DNA from: a bacterium
Lineage (GTDB): Bacteria > Zhuqueibacterota > Zhuqueibacteria > Residuimicrobiales > Krinioviventaceae
Assembly (NCBI GenBank): GCA_963675755.2
Contig: CAXXMD010000003.1
Location: 960,001-1,024,000 of the forward strand
Length of the DNA stretch: 64,000 nt
Direction: 5' to 3'
Below are positions 28,684 through 39,500 of the stretch, one piece after another. The translations under genes were made by a program, and so were the position numbers. Below the pieces are notes generated by a model. It worked only from the letters and a program-made list of their open reading frames with translations, searched no databases and was not told the origin of the DNA. The stretch's first letter is position 1. The number at the start of each line of letters is the position of its first letter.

Positions 28684-30738
28684 TTAAATACTCAACTTTT
28701 TGATAGCATAACGTGACGTAATTAAATCAAAAATCAACCGGGTAACAACAATGGCGGTAAACATACTTGCCAAAATACCGATAGACAACGTCAATGCAAA
28801 TCCCTTAATGGGACCGGTACCAAAACTATACAACGCAACCGCGGTGATCAATGTTGTAATATTGGCATCTAAAATGGTAGAAAATGCACGGTTATAACCA
28901 CTGTCTATGGAAGCCCTGATGGTTTTACCGGTCTTGATTTCTTCTCTAATTCTTTCAAAAATCAATACATTTGCGTCAACCGCCATACCTACTGTCAAGA
29001 TAATTCCGGCGATACCCGGCAGGGTCAACGTAGCATGAAAACTTGCAATTACTGCCATAACAAATACAATGTTTAATAAAAGTGCAAAATCCGCAATGAT
29101 ACCGGATGCACGATAATAAAAAATCATAAAAAGAATTACCAGCAGTATTCCGATTAATGCTGAATTCTGACCTTTTTTAATGGAATCATGTCCCAAAGAA
29201 GGTCCAACTGTATTTTCAGTAATAACATGAATAGGAGCAGGTAAAGCACCGGCACGCAATGTCAATGCTAAATCTTTAGCTTCATCCATATTACCAACTT
29301 CAATTCTTGCACTTCCTGAAGGAATTTTTTCTTTAATTCTGGGAGCTGATGCAACTTTATTATCCAGTACAATTGCCAGGAATTTGCCAACATTCATACC
29401 GGTAACACGTGCAAAAGTTTTGGTACCTTCATTGTTCAGTTCCATATGAACTTCGGCCTCACCAGCGTTAAAACTGTTTTGACCGCCGCCGCCTACTTGA
29501 ACCTGGGCATCGGTAAGTGTAGAACCCAACAATTCTGCTTCTTTTTTAATAAGATGCAATTCCGAATATACCTGTTCATTCAGCACTGTATTTTCCATAC
29601 CCCACAAAAATTCAGCATCCGCAGGTACTACATCCTGAACTTCGGGCATTTGCAAAATACGTTGTACTGCACGTTCGTTCTGAACAGGAACGAAAATTTC
29701 ACTACGGTTTGGCAAACGACGCATTAAAGAAGAGAACGGTTTGTCTGCAAATGTTTTTTCATCAACAACAATGTCACCATTTTCATCTTTGCTTTCAGTT
29801 GCTACTTCTTCATCGTCTCCAAACAATTCATTAATAGACATATTTTTATCTTCTGCGGTTTCACCAACTTCAGATGAATCCACTTTAGACTGGTCCAGTT
29901 CACTCACATCAAATTCTTCACCAAGACGTAACTTTCTAACAACACGATCAATATCATTAATAGTAGAAACGACAATGTCGGTATCTTTAACAAGCTTGAA
30001 TTCAAGCAACGCTGTTTTACCAATAACTTCTTTTGCGCGTTGAATGTTCTGAATACCCGCAAGTTCGATAACAATCCGGCGAGTTCCTTCTTTTTGAATA
30101 GAAGGCTCAGAAACACCAAACTGGTCAATACGGTTACGAATATTTTCCAAAGTACGATCAATTGAATCTTCGGCTTCTCTTTTCAGATCCTCAACGATTT
30201 CATCATCGCTTTGCCCTTTACGGCCATAATAACGATTCAATTGGATATTGCGGCTTTTAAAGTTTCCCGTTAATACATCGAAAAACTCTTTATTTTCCTC
30301 TTCAACTTGTTGCTGGGTTGCAACAACCACATCTTCAAGGCGATCATCTTTGATCTTGGCTTTTTCTCTCATTAATTGAGGCAAGTCTACTTCATACACC
30401 AGATAGGTACCACCCTGAAGGTCAAGTCCCTGTCTTATTGCATTGCCTTCAACTTTGACAATCTTGGTATTTAATTTAATCAACTCATTGGCAACTTCCA
30501 AAGTTTGATCAAGCGTATCACCGCTTACAGCATCGCGCACCAGGGTTTCAAGATCTCCCTGAGTAACGCCGGATTCAATTTCGGCAACTTCAAGGCCGGT
30601 TAAATCATTAATTTGTCCAACCAGCGCGGCCTCTTTATCCTGAAGATCACCCAGTTGAAATGTTGGATATAGTGATAATATCGATAGTACAATAAATGTC
30701 ACTATGAGTATCAGTCGAAACAGATGGCCTCTTTGCAT
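28684..30738 (-). CDS. secD: Protein translocase subunit SecD
   Basis: GLDLQGG, RIDQFGVSEP, LRAGALPAP and AVDANVLIFERIREE motifs. Confidence 0.97.
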   Translation of the reverse strand: MQRGHLFRLILIVTFIVLSILSLYPTFQLGDLQDKEAALVGQINDLTGLEVAEIESGVTQGDLETLVRDAVSGDTLDQTLEVANELIKLNTKIVKVEGNAIRQGLDLQGGTYLVYEVDLPQLMREKAKIKDDRLEDVVVATQQQVEEENKEFFDVLTGNFKSRNIQLNRYYGRKGQSDDEIVEDLKREAEDSIDRTLENIRNRIDQFGVSEPSIQKEGTRRIVIELAGIQNIQRAKEVIGKTALLEFKLVKDTDIVVSTINDIDRVVRKLRLGEEFDVSELDQSKVDSSEVGETAEDKNMSINELFGDDEEVATESKDENGDIVVDEKTFADKPFSSLMRRLPNRSEIFVPVQNERAVQRILQMPEVQDVVPADAEFLWGMENTVLNEQVYSELHLIKKEAELLGSTLTDAQVQVGGGGQNSFNAGEAEVHMELNNEGTKTFARVTGMNVGKFLAIVLDNKVASAPRIKEKIPSGSARIEVGNMDEAKDLALTLRAGALPAPIHVITENTVGPSLGHDSIKKGQNSALIGILLVILFMIFYYRASGIIADFALLLNIVFVMAVIASFHATLTLPGIAGIILTVGMAVDANVLIFERIREEIKTGKTIRASIDSGYNRAFSTILDANITTLITAVALYSFGTGPIKGFALTLSIGILASMFTAIVVTRLIFDLITSRYAIKKLSI

Positions 30739-30786
30739 AGATGTAGAACCTCCAAACGATTAATAACAAAAAACGAAAAGACAGAC

Positions 30787-30816
30787 AATATACAAATTTT
30801 TACACATAAAAGTCAA
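30787..30816 (-). promoter_or_regulatory. Sigma-70-type promoter for secD
   Basis: Minus strand TTGACT-N18-TATATT. Confidence 0.5.
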
Positions 30817-30927
30817 ACAAAAATCAACTCTTATCAGTCAATCAAAAATACAATTAGAAATTTATGAAATATGAAACAAAAATCCAAATTTTTCGTAACC
30901 TATAGTGAAATAAACCGGAGTTTTTTT

Positions 30928-31563
30928 ATGAAAAAACTGCTTTCTACAGCAATATTTATCATTCTTTCTGTTCAATTATATGCCATGAATATATCGGTAA
31001 ACAAGTCTATCTATATCGATGATGGCGACAATAGCGGCAGCTGTTCTACTGTAAATGGCAGCATTCACGTTGGTAATGATTGCAAAGTATCCGGCACATG
31101 CCGGTCAGTTAACGGATCCATACGCATCGGGAAAAATGGCCAAATCCGCAGTCTGCAATCCGTTAATGGATCAATAAAAATTGCCGAAGATACGCATGTA
31201 CGCGGCAGCATATCTTCTGTAAACGGATCCATAAACTGTAAATTTGGAACTAAAATTGAAGACAATATTGAAACAGTTAACGGATCCATAACTCTTTATG
31301 GAACAACTGTAAATGAAAATATTACTACTTATAACGGCAATATATCATTGCGAAAAGGCTCAACTGTAAAAAACGATATTATTGTCAAAGACAACAAGAG
31401 CGATACAAACCGTGAAAAGCCCCTTTATATCATTATCGGTAAAAATTGTCGCGTCAAAGGCGACATCATCAACAAGGAAAAAGATATAGAGGTTGTAGTT
31501 AAAATTGCCAAACATGCAAAAGTAGAGGGTGAAATGAAAAACGTTATCATAGAGAGCAATTAA
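30928..31563 (+). CDS. Secreted beta-helix repeat protein (DUF4097/adhesin-like)
   Basis: Signal peptide from MKKLL; five (S/T)VNGSI repeats plus a TYNGNI variant, spaced ~17 aa apart. Confidence 0.75.
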   Translation: MKKLLSTAIFIILSVQLYAMNISVNKSIYIDDGDNSGSCSTVNGSIHVGNDCKVSGTCRSVNGSIRIGKNGQIRSLQSVNGSIKIAEDTHVRGSISSVNGSINCKFGTKIEDNIETVNGSITLYGTTVNENITTYNGNISLRKGSTVKNDIIVKDNKSDTNREKPLYIIIGKNCRVKGDIINKEKDIEVVVKIAKHAKVEGEMKNVIIESN

Positions 31564-32969
31564 CCACCCAATACCTCAACCAGAATTTTTTCCAACATTT
31601 CTGCTTCTTTATCTGTAACCGTGCGCATATCCAGATACAATGCATCATTTTTAACATATCCCATAACGGGTTGTTCATAGGTTCTAAAAATTTTGCCAAG
31701 TTTTTCAATGGACTGCTTTTGAGACGTAATTTCAAGCGCAGCACTTTTGATTTTTTCAAGAGGTAAAGCACCGCTGCCAGCCTGGGCAAAGCTTTCTTTC
31801 AACTCGACTTTATAATCTGTAATCTCGCTTTTCTTTAAAGCATTATATATTTTTTCTGCCCGTTTATAAACATTTTCAGATGACTCTGTAAACATGCTCA
31901 ACACCCGGTGACCATCGGATATTGGATCTTTATGAAAAAACAGTTCCAATGTTGCTTCCAGTGCAGCATAGATAAGCTTATCACACCGTACTGCCCGCAT
32001 GATGGGATTTTTTTCAATTATATCAATCCACTTCTTTTTCCCCACAATAATACCACTTTGGGGTCCGCCCAACACCTTGTCACCGCTAAAGGTAACCACA
32101 TCGGCACCACTGCGAATACTGTCCTGCACCAAGGGTTCATATGGCAATCCATATTGCTCAAGATCTAAAAGCACACCCCCACCCAGATCATGTATAACAG
32201 GTATATCTCTATCTTTAACCAATTGAGACAATTCATCAATACCTACTTCATGGGTAAAGCCCAACACTCTGAAATTTGAAGTATGCGCCACCATTATAGC
32301 GCCAGTTTCATTTGAAATGGCATTTTCATAATCGCTGATTTTGGTCTTGTTTGTAGTGCCCACTTCAACCATTTTGGCGCCGCTTTTCTCCATCACATCC
32401 GGTATACGAAAAGATCCGCCAATCTCTACCAACTGTCCACGTGAGACAATTGCCTCGCGGTTAAATGCAAGCGTGTTCAACGCAATAAAAACAGCCGCGG
32501 CATTATTATTTACAACCACAGCAGCCTCTGCTCCTGTCAGATGGCACAACATTTTACTGACATGTTCATGCCGAACACCTCTCTTGCCACTCTCCATATC
32601 CAGTTCCAGATTGGTATATCCCTGCATAATTTTATTAACATGCGCTTGAGCAGAGGGTGAAAAGGGCGCTCTTCCCAGTCCTGTATGGAGAATGATGCCT
32701 GTTGCATTGATAACCGGCTTGAGTGCCGGCTTAAATTCATCTGCCAGGATCTGTCCGACTTTATCAAAAATTAAACTTGTAAATGCTTCTTTATCTGCTT
32801 TATAATTTCCCTTTTCTTCAAGGATATCTGCTCTCAGGGCCTCCAATACTCGCTGGCACTGGGATTTGATTATATCTCTTGAATATTCTTTCAATAATGC
32901 TTCAAAGGTGTTTTCACCCAGCAGGGAATCAACAGAAGGTAATTGTTTTAAAATATCTTGTTTGCTCAT
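31560..32969 (-). CDS. selA: L-seryl-tRNA(Sec) selenium transferase
   Basis: LPSVD N-terminus; VINATGIILHTGLGRA, VNNNAAAV, EIGGSFRIPD, EVGTTN and FSGDKVLGGPQ (PLP lysine). Confidence 0.95.
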   Translation of the reverse strand: MSKQDILKQLPSVDSLLGENTFEALLKEYSRDIIKSQCQRVLEALRADILEEKGNYKADKEAFTSLIFDKVGQILADEFKPALKPVINATGIILHTGLGRAPFSPSAQAHVNKIMQGYTNLELDMESGKRGVRHEHVSKMLCHLTGAEAAVVVNNNAAAVFIALNTLAFNREAIVSRGQLVEIGGSFRIPDVMEKSGAKMVEVGTTNKTKISDYENAISNETGAIMVAHTSNFRVLGFTHEVGIDELSQLVKDRDIPVIHDLGGGVLLDLEQYGLPYEPLVQDSIRSGADVVTFSGDKVLGGPQSGIIVGKKKWIDIIEKNPIMRAVRCDKLIYAALEATLELFFHKDPISDGHRVLSMFTESSENVYKRAEKIYNALKKSEITDYKVELKESFAQAGSGALPLEKIKSAALEITSQKQSIEKLGKIFRTYEQPVMGYVKNDALYLDMRTVTDKEAEMLEKILVEVLGG

Positions 32970-34171
32970 ACATTAACCAAATGTTTACGGGTATCCGGCA
33001 AGAACATGGCCGCAATTGCAGCCATAACGCCTAGTATAATTAAAACCATAAATGCGGATTTCATTCCAAATTTATCAGCATACCAGCCCAAAGGTGTTAC
33101 CAGTAATCCTCCAACACCCCAGGATACTCCCATCATCAGGGAAGATACCGTGTTTACCCGCGAAGGATATAATTCCTGGGCCATTATAATTACCACCGGA
33201 ATGGATCCATATATAAACACACCGGCAAGCGCCAACATTAAAAAGGCGAGTACTCCTTGAAGCTGAAGAAAAAGGTACAGGCATGGTAATGAAAGAAACA
33301 ATGTTAATACAATAATCCGTTTTTTGCCCAAATAATCAGACAAGCTGCCGCCTATCATAGAACCTACCGCACCGGACAATTCAAACAATGTTATGGCAGA
33401 GCCTGAAATAAACAGTGAAAAAGATTTATTATGCAAATAAATGGGCAGATAGGTAATAAAACCGACAATGATAAAAGCCCTGACGGATACAATCACCCAC
33501 AAAAACACCAGGGAGGAATGCTTTTTAAAATCCAACTTGGGTAAACTAGCGCTTTTTTGTCTAACCGGCACATGTTCAAAAGAAGGCAAAGTTAGAAACA
33601 TAAATCCTGAAATTAATATACCAAAAATCATTGTAATCAGACTGTATTGTAAACCCAGATAGGTAACAATAGGAATTATGATAATGGGGCCCAAGGCATG
33701 CCCGGCACTGCCGCCAGTGACAAATATAGACATACCCAGTCCCGCCCGTCGTCCACTGGCGCGGGTGGTATATACTGCAGATTGGGGATGAAAAGCAGCC
33801 GTACCCAACCCGGAAATAATAACAAATAAAACCAGCATCCCATAACTGTTCAAAACGCCAATACAGCCCAGAAAAATGGCTGTAACCAATGGACCAAACA
33901 CAACCAGATACGGATGTTTTGTCTTGTCCGCAATATGCCCGAAAACCGGCTGTGCAAGCGAGTTAAAAACAGACATGAATGATATCAACGCACCAGCAAG
34001 GGGCAGACCAAAACCAATCTTTTCCATTAACAACGGCAGCAATGGCGGCACAAAGCCGGGGTATACATCATTTACAAAATGACCGGCGGATAGAACTGCC
34101 ACGCGATCTACCTGCATGGGTTCCTGCGAGGATGCGGGTAAAGGTTCTTTTCTTGAACGGAAAAATTTCAT
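32966..34171 (-). CDS. MFS transporter (Fsr/fosmidomycin-resistance-like)
   Basis: GHFVND, QPVFGHIAD, GTAAFHP and GSLSDYLGKK motifs; ~12 TM segments. Confidence 0.92.
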   Translation of the reverse strand: MKFFRSRKEPLPASSQEPMQVDRVAVLSAGHFVNDVYPGFVPPLLPLLMEKIGFGLPLAGALISFMSVFNSLAQPVFGHIADKTKHPYLVVFGPLVTAIFLGCIGVLNSYGMLVLFVIISGLGTAAFHPQSAVYTTRASGRRAGLGMSIFVTGGSAGHALGPIIIIPIVTYLGLQYSLITMIFGILISGFMFLTLPSFEHVPVRQKSASLPKLDFKKHSSLVFLWVIVSVRAFIIVGFITYLPIYLHNKSFSLFISGSAITLFELSGAVGSMIGGSLSDYLGKKRIIVLTLFLSLPCLYLFLQLQGVLAFLMLALAGVFIYGSIPVVIIMAQELYPSRVNTVSSLMMGVSWGVGGLLVTPLGWYADKFGMKSAFMVLIILGVMAAIAAMFLPDTRKHLVNV

Positions 34172-34830
34172 GATGTGGATTTACCTGCCTTAATAACGAT
34201 AAACACTCCAATACCTATCAACAGGATGGGAATAATCATATCTGCTCGCAACCAGGAAACTGACTCGGCATAGACAACAATTGCCAACAATAAACATCCT
34301 GCAGCAGGAAAGATAGCCCATTTTAAACGATACTGTTCTGAAGCCAGGGAATACAAATAAAAAAAAGTTAATCCAACTCCCAGAAAAAAGACAACCCCGC
34401 CAATATCTCCATTAGTCATGAGATTAAATTCTTCTACCAAAACAATGGTACCAACCGTAAGCATTGTACCGGCAGGGATTATAGCCCACCAATGATCATG
34501 GTTCCGGTAATATACCATACCAAAGATCAAAGCTCCAGCCCATAAAAACGCGATCCCAATAATCTCTTCGGGGAAAAAGCTAAAATCCTTGAACAGCATG
34601 GAAACCCCAAAAATAAACAGAAAAAGCGAAGGGATGATTGCCCACCAGTTCCCGTTTTTTTGACGATATACATGAAAAAACATAAAAGATAATAATAAAA
34701 AGAAAACACCACCTAAAAAATCATCTGCATTATCCAATATACCAATATTATTCATTAAAAGGATAAAGCCAAAAACCACAATTGCGGCTCCGAGATACAA
34801 ACCTCGTTTTTTATCGTTCATGTCTCCCAC
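34168..34830 (-). CDS. Hypothetical multi-pass membrane protein (LiaF/DUF5668-like repeats)
   Basis: Repeated WWAIIP / WAIFP hydrophobic hairpins; ATGA overlap with the MFS gene. Confidence 0.75.
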   Translation of the reverse strand: MGDMNDKKRGLYLGAAIVVFGFILLMNNIGILDNADDFLGGVFFLLLSFMFFHVYRQKNGNWWAIIPSLFLFIFGVSMLFKDFSFFPEEIIGIAFLWAGALIFGMVYYRNHDHWWAIIPAGTMLTVGTIVLVEEFNLMTNGDIGGVVFFLGVGLTFFYLYSLASEQYRLKWAIFPAAGCLLLAIVVYAESVSWLRADMIIPILLIGIGVFIVIKAGKSTS

Positions 34831-34867
34831 CTTAAATAATTACACTGTAAAATACAAGGTAAGCAAT

Positions 34868-36478
34868 TTAAAATTTGTATAAAAGTTCAAAATTTAAAAG
34901 ATTGCTGATAGTGTTGGCTCCTTCAAGCTCCTGGTCTGTGTCATAATCGATCATACCCATCCCATTGATCTCAATACTTGAAGTTATGTCCCAGGAGAGA
35001 TAGAAAAAGAAAGAATTGATATTGCGGTTTGAATAAAGGGATAGTCCTGAATAATCATAACTGGTGTAATTGGGGTATCGCTGGGCCTGATAAGAATTGG
35101 AGATACTGGCAAGAAAACCATTCATCATCATAATATCCAGAGTAAATACCGGGCCATGCGAATAAAAATCTTCAATCTGTACGGATTCATCTGTTTCTCC
35201 GCCAACATCATGCAATTTATTTCTAAATCTATACCCCAGTTGCAGTGTAAAATAATCACCCAAACCTGTCTCAAAACCTGGTTCAACATTATAATCCAAA
35301 TAATCCGGAATGGAGGATGTTATTGTCTCGTACGCGCGGGATTCAACTTCAAACTCTAACATAAAGCGCGTATCACCAAACAGAGTATAGCGCAAATCAG
35401 CCAGGTTGTAAATATCACTGAAATCATTGGTGTATAATGAATCAATATAACCATGTACATATTGCCGGGTTCTGTATCTGAACATATCTGTCAAAGAAAA
35501 ACGGGTGTATAAATCTGGCCATAATTGCGCATTTAAAGAGGACTCATCATAATCACGTAAAGCATCCAATCCGTATTTGCGAAAACGACTCTCGCCTCCT
35601 ACTTTGAGACGTCCAAAGTCCGGTATGCGGGTTTCTGCTGACAATTGCAGACGATTCTGTTTGTAATTTGAGAAATACTCTGACTCGATGTTATATTTTC
35701 GCAGTTCAAATTCATCATCAAGAGAAAAAACAAGCTTTTCAATGGGTTGATAATAGAACCCCGCTTCAAAACTATTATCAAAAAAGCTAAATTCTGTATT
35801 CTGTTTGTATGATGTTTTTTCAGAGGCGTTTTTAAAAACTCCGCGAAATTTATTCGTAAACTTTTGATAATGTTCCAGATAAATACTGGCCGAGTTGTAT
35901 TCCTGACTGGATTTCAACTCGATTTGCATCTGGCTCTGTATCGTTTCTCCCTTTTCAAAATCAAGGTAAACTCTTAATCCACCATGAGGATTAGTCTGTT
36001 CGTCCGTAATGGTACTGTCTTTTTCATTGAAAACAAGACCAAACTTTTGCTGCCAGTATTCTGAACCAGTAAAAGCAACAAAATCCCATTTCAGGGATGA
36101 AGACGGTTTTTGGTATTGAACACCAGGTACTGCCAGTGTTTGGACCATAGGTTGTTCCAATAAACCGATAACATTTTCCAGATACTCTGCAGCAATATCG
36201 TACATGTGCTCATCAGCTAAAAGGACTGCATCCTGTACAAGCAATTTGACTTCTGCTAAAATATCCGTTTCAACATTCGGACTTTGCTTGAGCAATCGCT
36301 CAATATGGGACATTTTAATCTGGTAAAGTGTATATTCCGCAGATGCGGATTCATCCTGTGCTGAATTAACAGTGGGTTCTACTGCAAAGGAAAGCGTACA
36401 AACAAATAAAACCAACCCCAGAATACTATTTTTCAGTAATGCAGTGATCTCGTACAACTCCCGACGATTACTGATCAA
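34868..36478 (-). CDS. Probable outer-membrane beta-barrel with N-terminal helical domain
   Basis: Signal peptide, ~60-aa helical segment, then alternating aromatic beta-strands ending in FELLYKF. Start codon uncertain. Confidence 0.7.
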   Translation of the reverse strand: MISNRRELYEITALLKNSILGLVLFVCTLSFAVEPTVNSAQDESASAEYTLYQIKMSHIERLLKQSPNVETDILAEVKLLVQDAVLLADEHMYDIAAEYLENVIGLLEQPMVQTLAVPGVQYQKPSSSLKWDFVAFTGSEYWQQKFGLVFNEKDSTITDEQTNPHGGLRVYLDFEKGETIQSQMQIELKSSQEYNSASIYLEHYQKFTNKFRGVFKNASEKTSYKQNTEFSFFDNSFEAGFYYQPIEKLVFSLDDEFELRKYNIESEYFSNYKQNRLQLSAETRIPDFGRLKVGGESRFRKYGLDALRDYDESSLNAQLWPDLYTRFSLTDMFRYRTRQYVHGYIDSLYTNDFSDIYNLADLRYTLFGDTRFMLEFEVESRAYETITSSIPDYLDYNVEPGFETGLGDYFTLQLGYRFRNKLHDVGGETDESVQIEDFYSHGPVFTLDIMMMNGFLASISNSYQAQRYPNYTSYDYSGLSLYSNRNINSFFFYLSWDITSSIEINGMGMIDYDTDQELEGANTISNLLNFELLYKF

Positions 36479-36504
36479 TCATGGCCCCGCTGCCGGGGCC
36501 ATGA
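36479..36504 (-). terminator. GC-rich intra-operon hairpin without U-tract
   Basis: TCATGGCCCC-GCTGCC-GGGGCCATGA between the surface-protein stop and the barrel start. Confidence 0.55.
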
Positions 36505-36513
36505 CAGTCAATT

Positions 36514-39500
36514 TTATTTAATAAATATCATTCGTTTTTGATCAACAAACCGCCCGGATTCGGACTGCGCCTCCATCCGGTAAATATACATACCAGATGC
36601 CAGCACAACACCGTTATTATCGGTTCCATCCCACGATAATGAATACGCACCGGCTTGTCTTGAGCCTTCAAATATAGTACGCACATTTTTACCAAGCAAA
36701 TTAAAAATCTGTAATTTTACCTGCGCGGTATTGGGCAATACAAACCGAATGGTTGTTGACGGATTAAATGGATTGGGATAATTTTGTTCAAGCTGATACG
36801 CAACAGGTACAATTATTTCCGTTTCAATATCAGTTGTTACATCACCCAAAACAATAACCGTGTCATATACTTCCAAACCATCACCAACACTCAGGTCTTC
36901 AGAATTTTCCTCGGATGTTCCGTTCAAATAACTTTCATCATAACCGGTTTGTGATGCCATAAGAGAATACTTGCCAGCGGGCACACCATGCAGCAAGAAA
37001 CTACCATCAGCTTCGGTGATTTCAGCCGCAATGACCTCACCTGCCTGCTTTGCAACTACAAGCGCGCCTTCTTTAGCATTACCTTTTTTATCTACAATCA
37101 AACCTTTAATCGTATAAGCACCTTCTTCCTGCGCTGCCAAATTAAAATTTATTTCCGATGTAACAATGTCGGTTTCCACGGTTACTGTTTCAGCGTCCAG
37201 CCATGAATATACATTGTCATAAAATTCACCAACATAATTCAGGGCACGACAACTGATAATATAATCACCAGGAGTTACACCCAGAATTTCATAAGAACCA
37301 TCAGGGCCGGTTACTCCTCTGCGGGGTTTTGCAAAATCCAAAGGCATCATGGTTACTACTGCGCCTTCAACCGGTATCTCACCACTCTCATCCATAACAA
37401 CACCAGAGATTCCACTACCGCTCAACTCGACGGCTGCAAGGGTAAAATTGATATTTACATTAGAGCCGGACTCTAAAAGTTCGATCTCATCTGCATCTTC
37501 TCTGCTCACCTCATCAAGATACCATTCACGTTCATATCCACGTTTTACTGCAATTGCAAGATACTCGCCGGCAGGCAATCCCTTAATGGTCCAAAAACCA
37601 TCAGCGTCTGTTTTTGCAGCTTTTCTCAACTTGCCGTCAACGCGTTCCACTCTAACTATAGCATTTTCCAGTGGTGTTGCGGACTCGGAATCAACAACCT
37701 GACCGCCAAGAATTCCACCGACTGACAATGTAAAATCAATATCCTGTACCGGTACACCACTTTCAACTGTAACTTTTGTAGCATTTGCAAGCGAGTCAGC
37801 TTCCTGCCAAAATTCAACCAGATAACTGTCAGCATTGGCTGCTACAAAAAACTCACCAGTTGGTACGGAAGGAATTACATAGTCACCGTTTTCATCTGTA
37901 ATTGCACTGAATTTCCGTCCATATCCGTACAAGTTGCCTTCATAAAACGCGGCAACACGTACACCCTGCATGGTTACACCTGTATTTTCATCTGTAACTG
38001 TTCCGGATATACTGCCAAATGGCGCCAAACCTACTTTTATTACAGTATGCTGATCTTTAAAAATCTGCACAGGCGTTGCTGTTTCTGCCTCATCTACCCC
38101 ATCAAACCATTCAGGTACAAAATCGGATGCCCGGGTGTATACAAGGTAAAATCCAGGATTCAACTGTAAAGAGAATGCTCCGTTTTCATCTGTGCGGGCA
38201 ACATGTCTAAACTGATTCAAAAATCCTTCACCCGTCTGCGGGCTTTCTGATAGCAATTCACGTACGGCTACAATAGCACCTTCAATGGGCGATCCATCTG
38301 CATCACTGGTTACTACACCAGTTAAAGCGTTGGTTACTGTTAATGTCATATCAATACCCGATGTTTCATCAGGCGCGGTTACACTGACAGGAGTAACATC
38401 TTCGGGCAAACGAACATTATCATAATATTCTGCAACATATCCTGATTTATTGGCATACACTGCGTATGAGCCTGTTTTCATACCGGTAATTGCATATTCA
38501 CCATTTACATCACTCAATGCGTGATAACGACGAGTAGGATTTACTGCAAGTGCTGCTGTAAGGCTAACACCTTCAATCGGTTCACCGGTGGCTTCATCAG
38601 TGATAACACCGGTAATACTGCCACCCGTGCCCAGTTCAAAATTAATTCCCGTCACATCTTCCTCCTCACCCACACTAACCGGAGTCGTTTGATCAAAATC
38701 TGTCACATTGTCATAAAACTCTCGTATATATCCGTCGGCTTCAGCGACAACAACAAAATTACCCGGTACAAGATTATCAAACATATAACTGCCATCATTA
38801 GATACATCCATTATTTTCCGCTGAACCGGAATTCCTAAACGAATAACCGCAACTTTGGCCCCGTCAATTACACTGCTGCCTTCATCGGTTACTGTACCGG
38901 AAATAGAACCGGTAGGTTCAGAACTAACCAATACTTCTGCTTCACCTTTAAATTGCACACCTTCAATATCAACAACTGCCGTTACCGTTCCTTCGGCAAA
39001 CCGTGGACCGGCGGTAAAAACGCCTTCATCCGAAATCACGCCAATACTTTTGGGAGACACCAACCAGCGCACACCATCAATTCGTAATGAAATACCATTG
39101 GGGCCTTTGGCAATTGCTGCAAATGTTAAATTTCCCAGAGGTTCTACAATAGCTTGTTCTGGTTCTACTATAATACTAATTTCAGGATCAGGTGATTCTC
39201 CTACAATAACAAGTGCATCACCAGACATCCGCTCTCCCTTAATCCTTGCGGTTGCAGTAACAGTTGCTCTAACAAATTCATCTCCTGCTACAAAATAGCC
39301 TTCGTTTGAAATCGTACCGGCAGTTTCCGGAGAAACACTCCATTCGTATTCATCAACCGTCAGCGGTACACCCAGTTCTGAAAAGGCCTGGGCTTCATAT
39401 TGCAAACCTTCACCATAATCAATCCATTGACGCTGAGGATGTAATACAATTGTTTGAGAAAACAGAGTCCCCGTCAAAATAATGACCAGTAGACACACCA

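Noticed and set aside
31049-31340. Repeated GTTAACGGATCCATA-like DNA segments
   Set aside because: Explained by the encoded (S/T)VNGSI beta-helix repeats; not an independent DNA repeat array.
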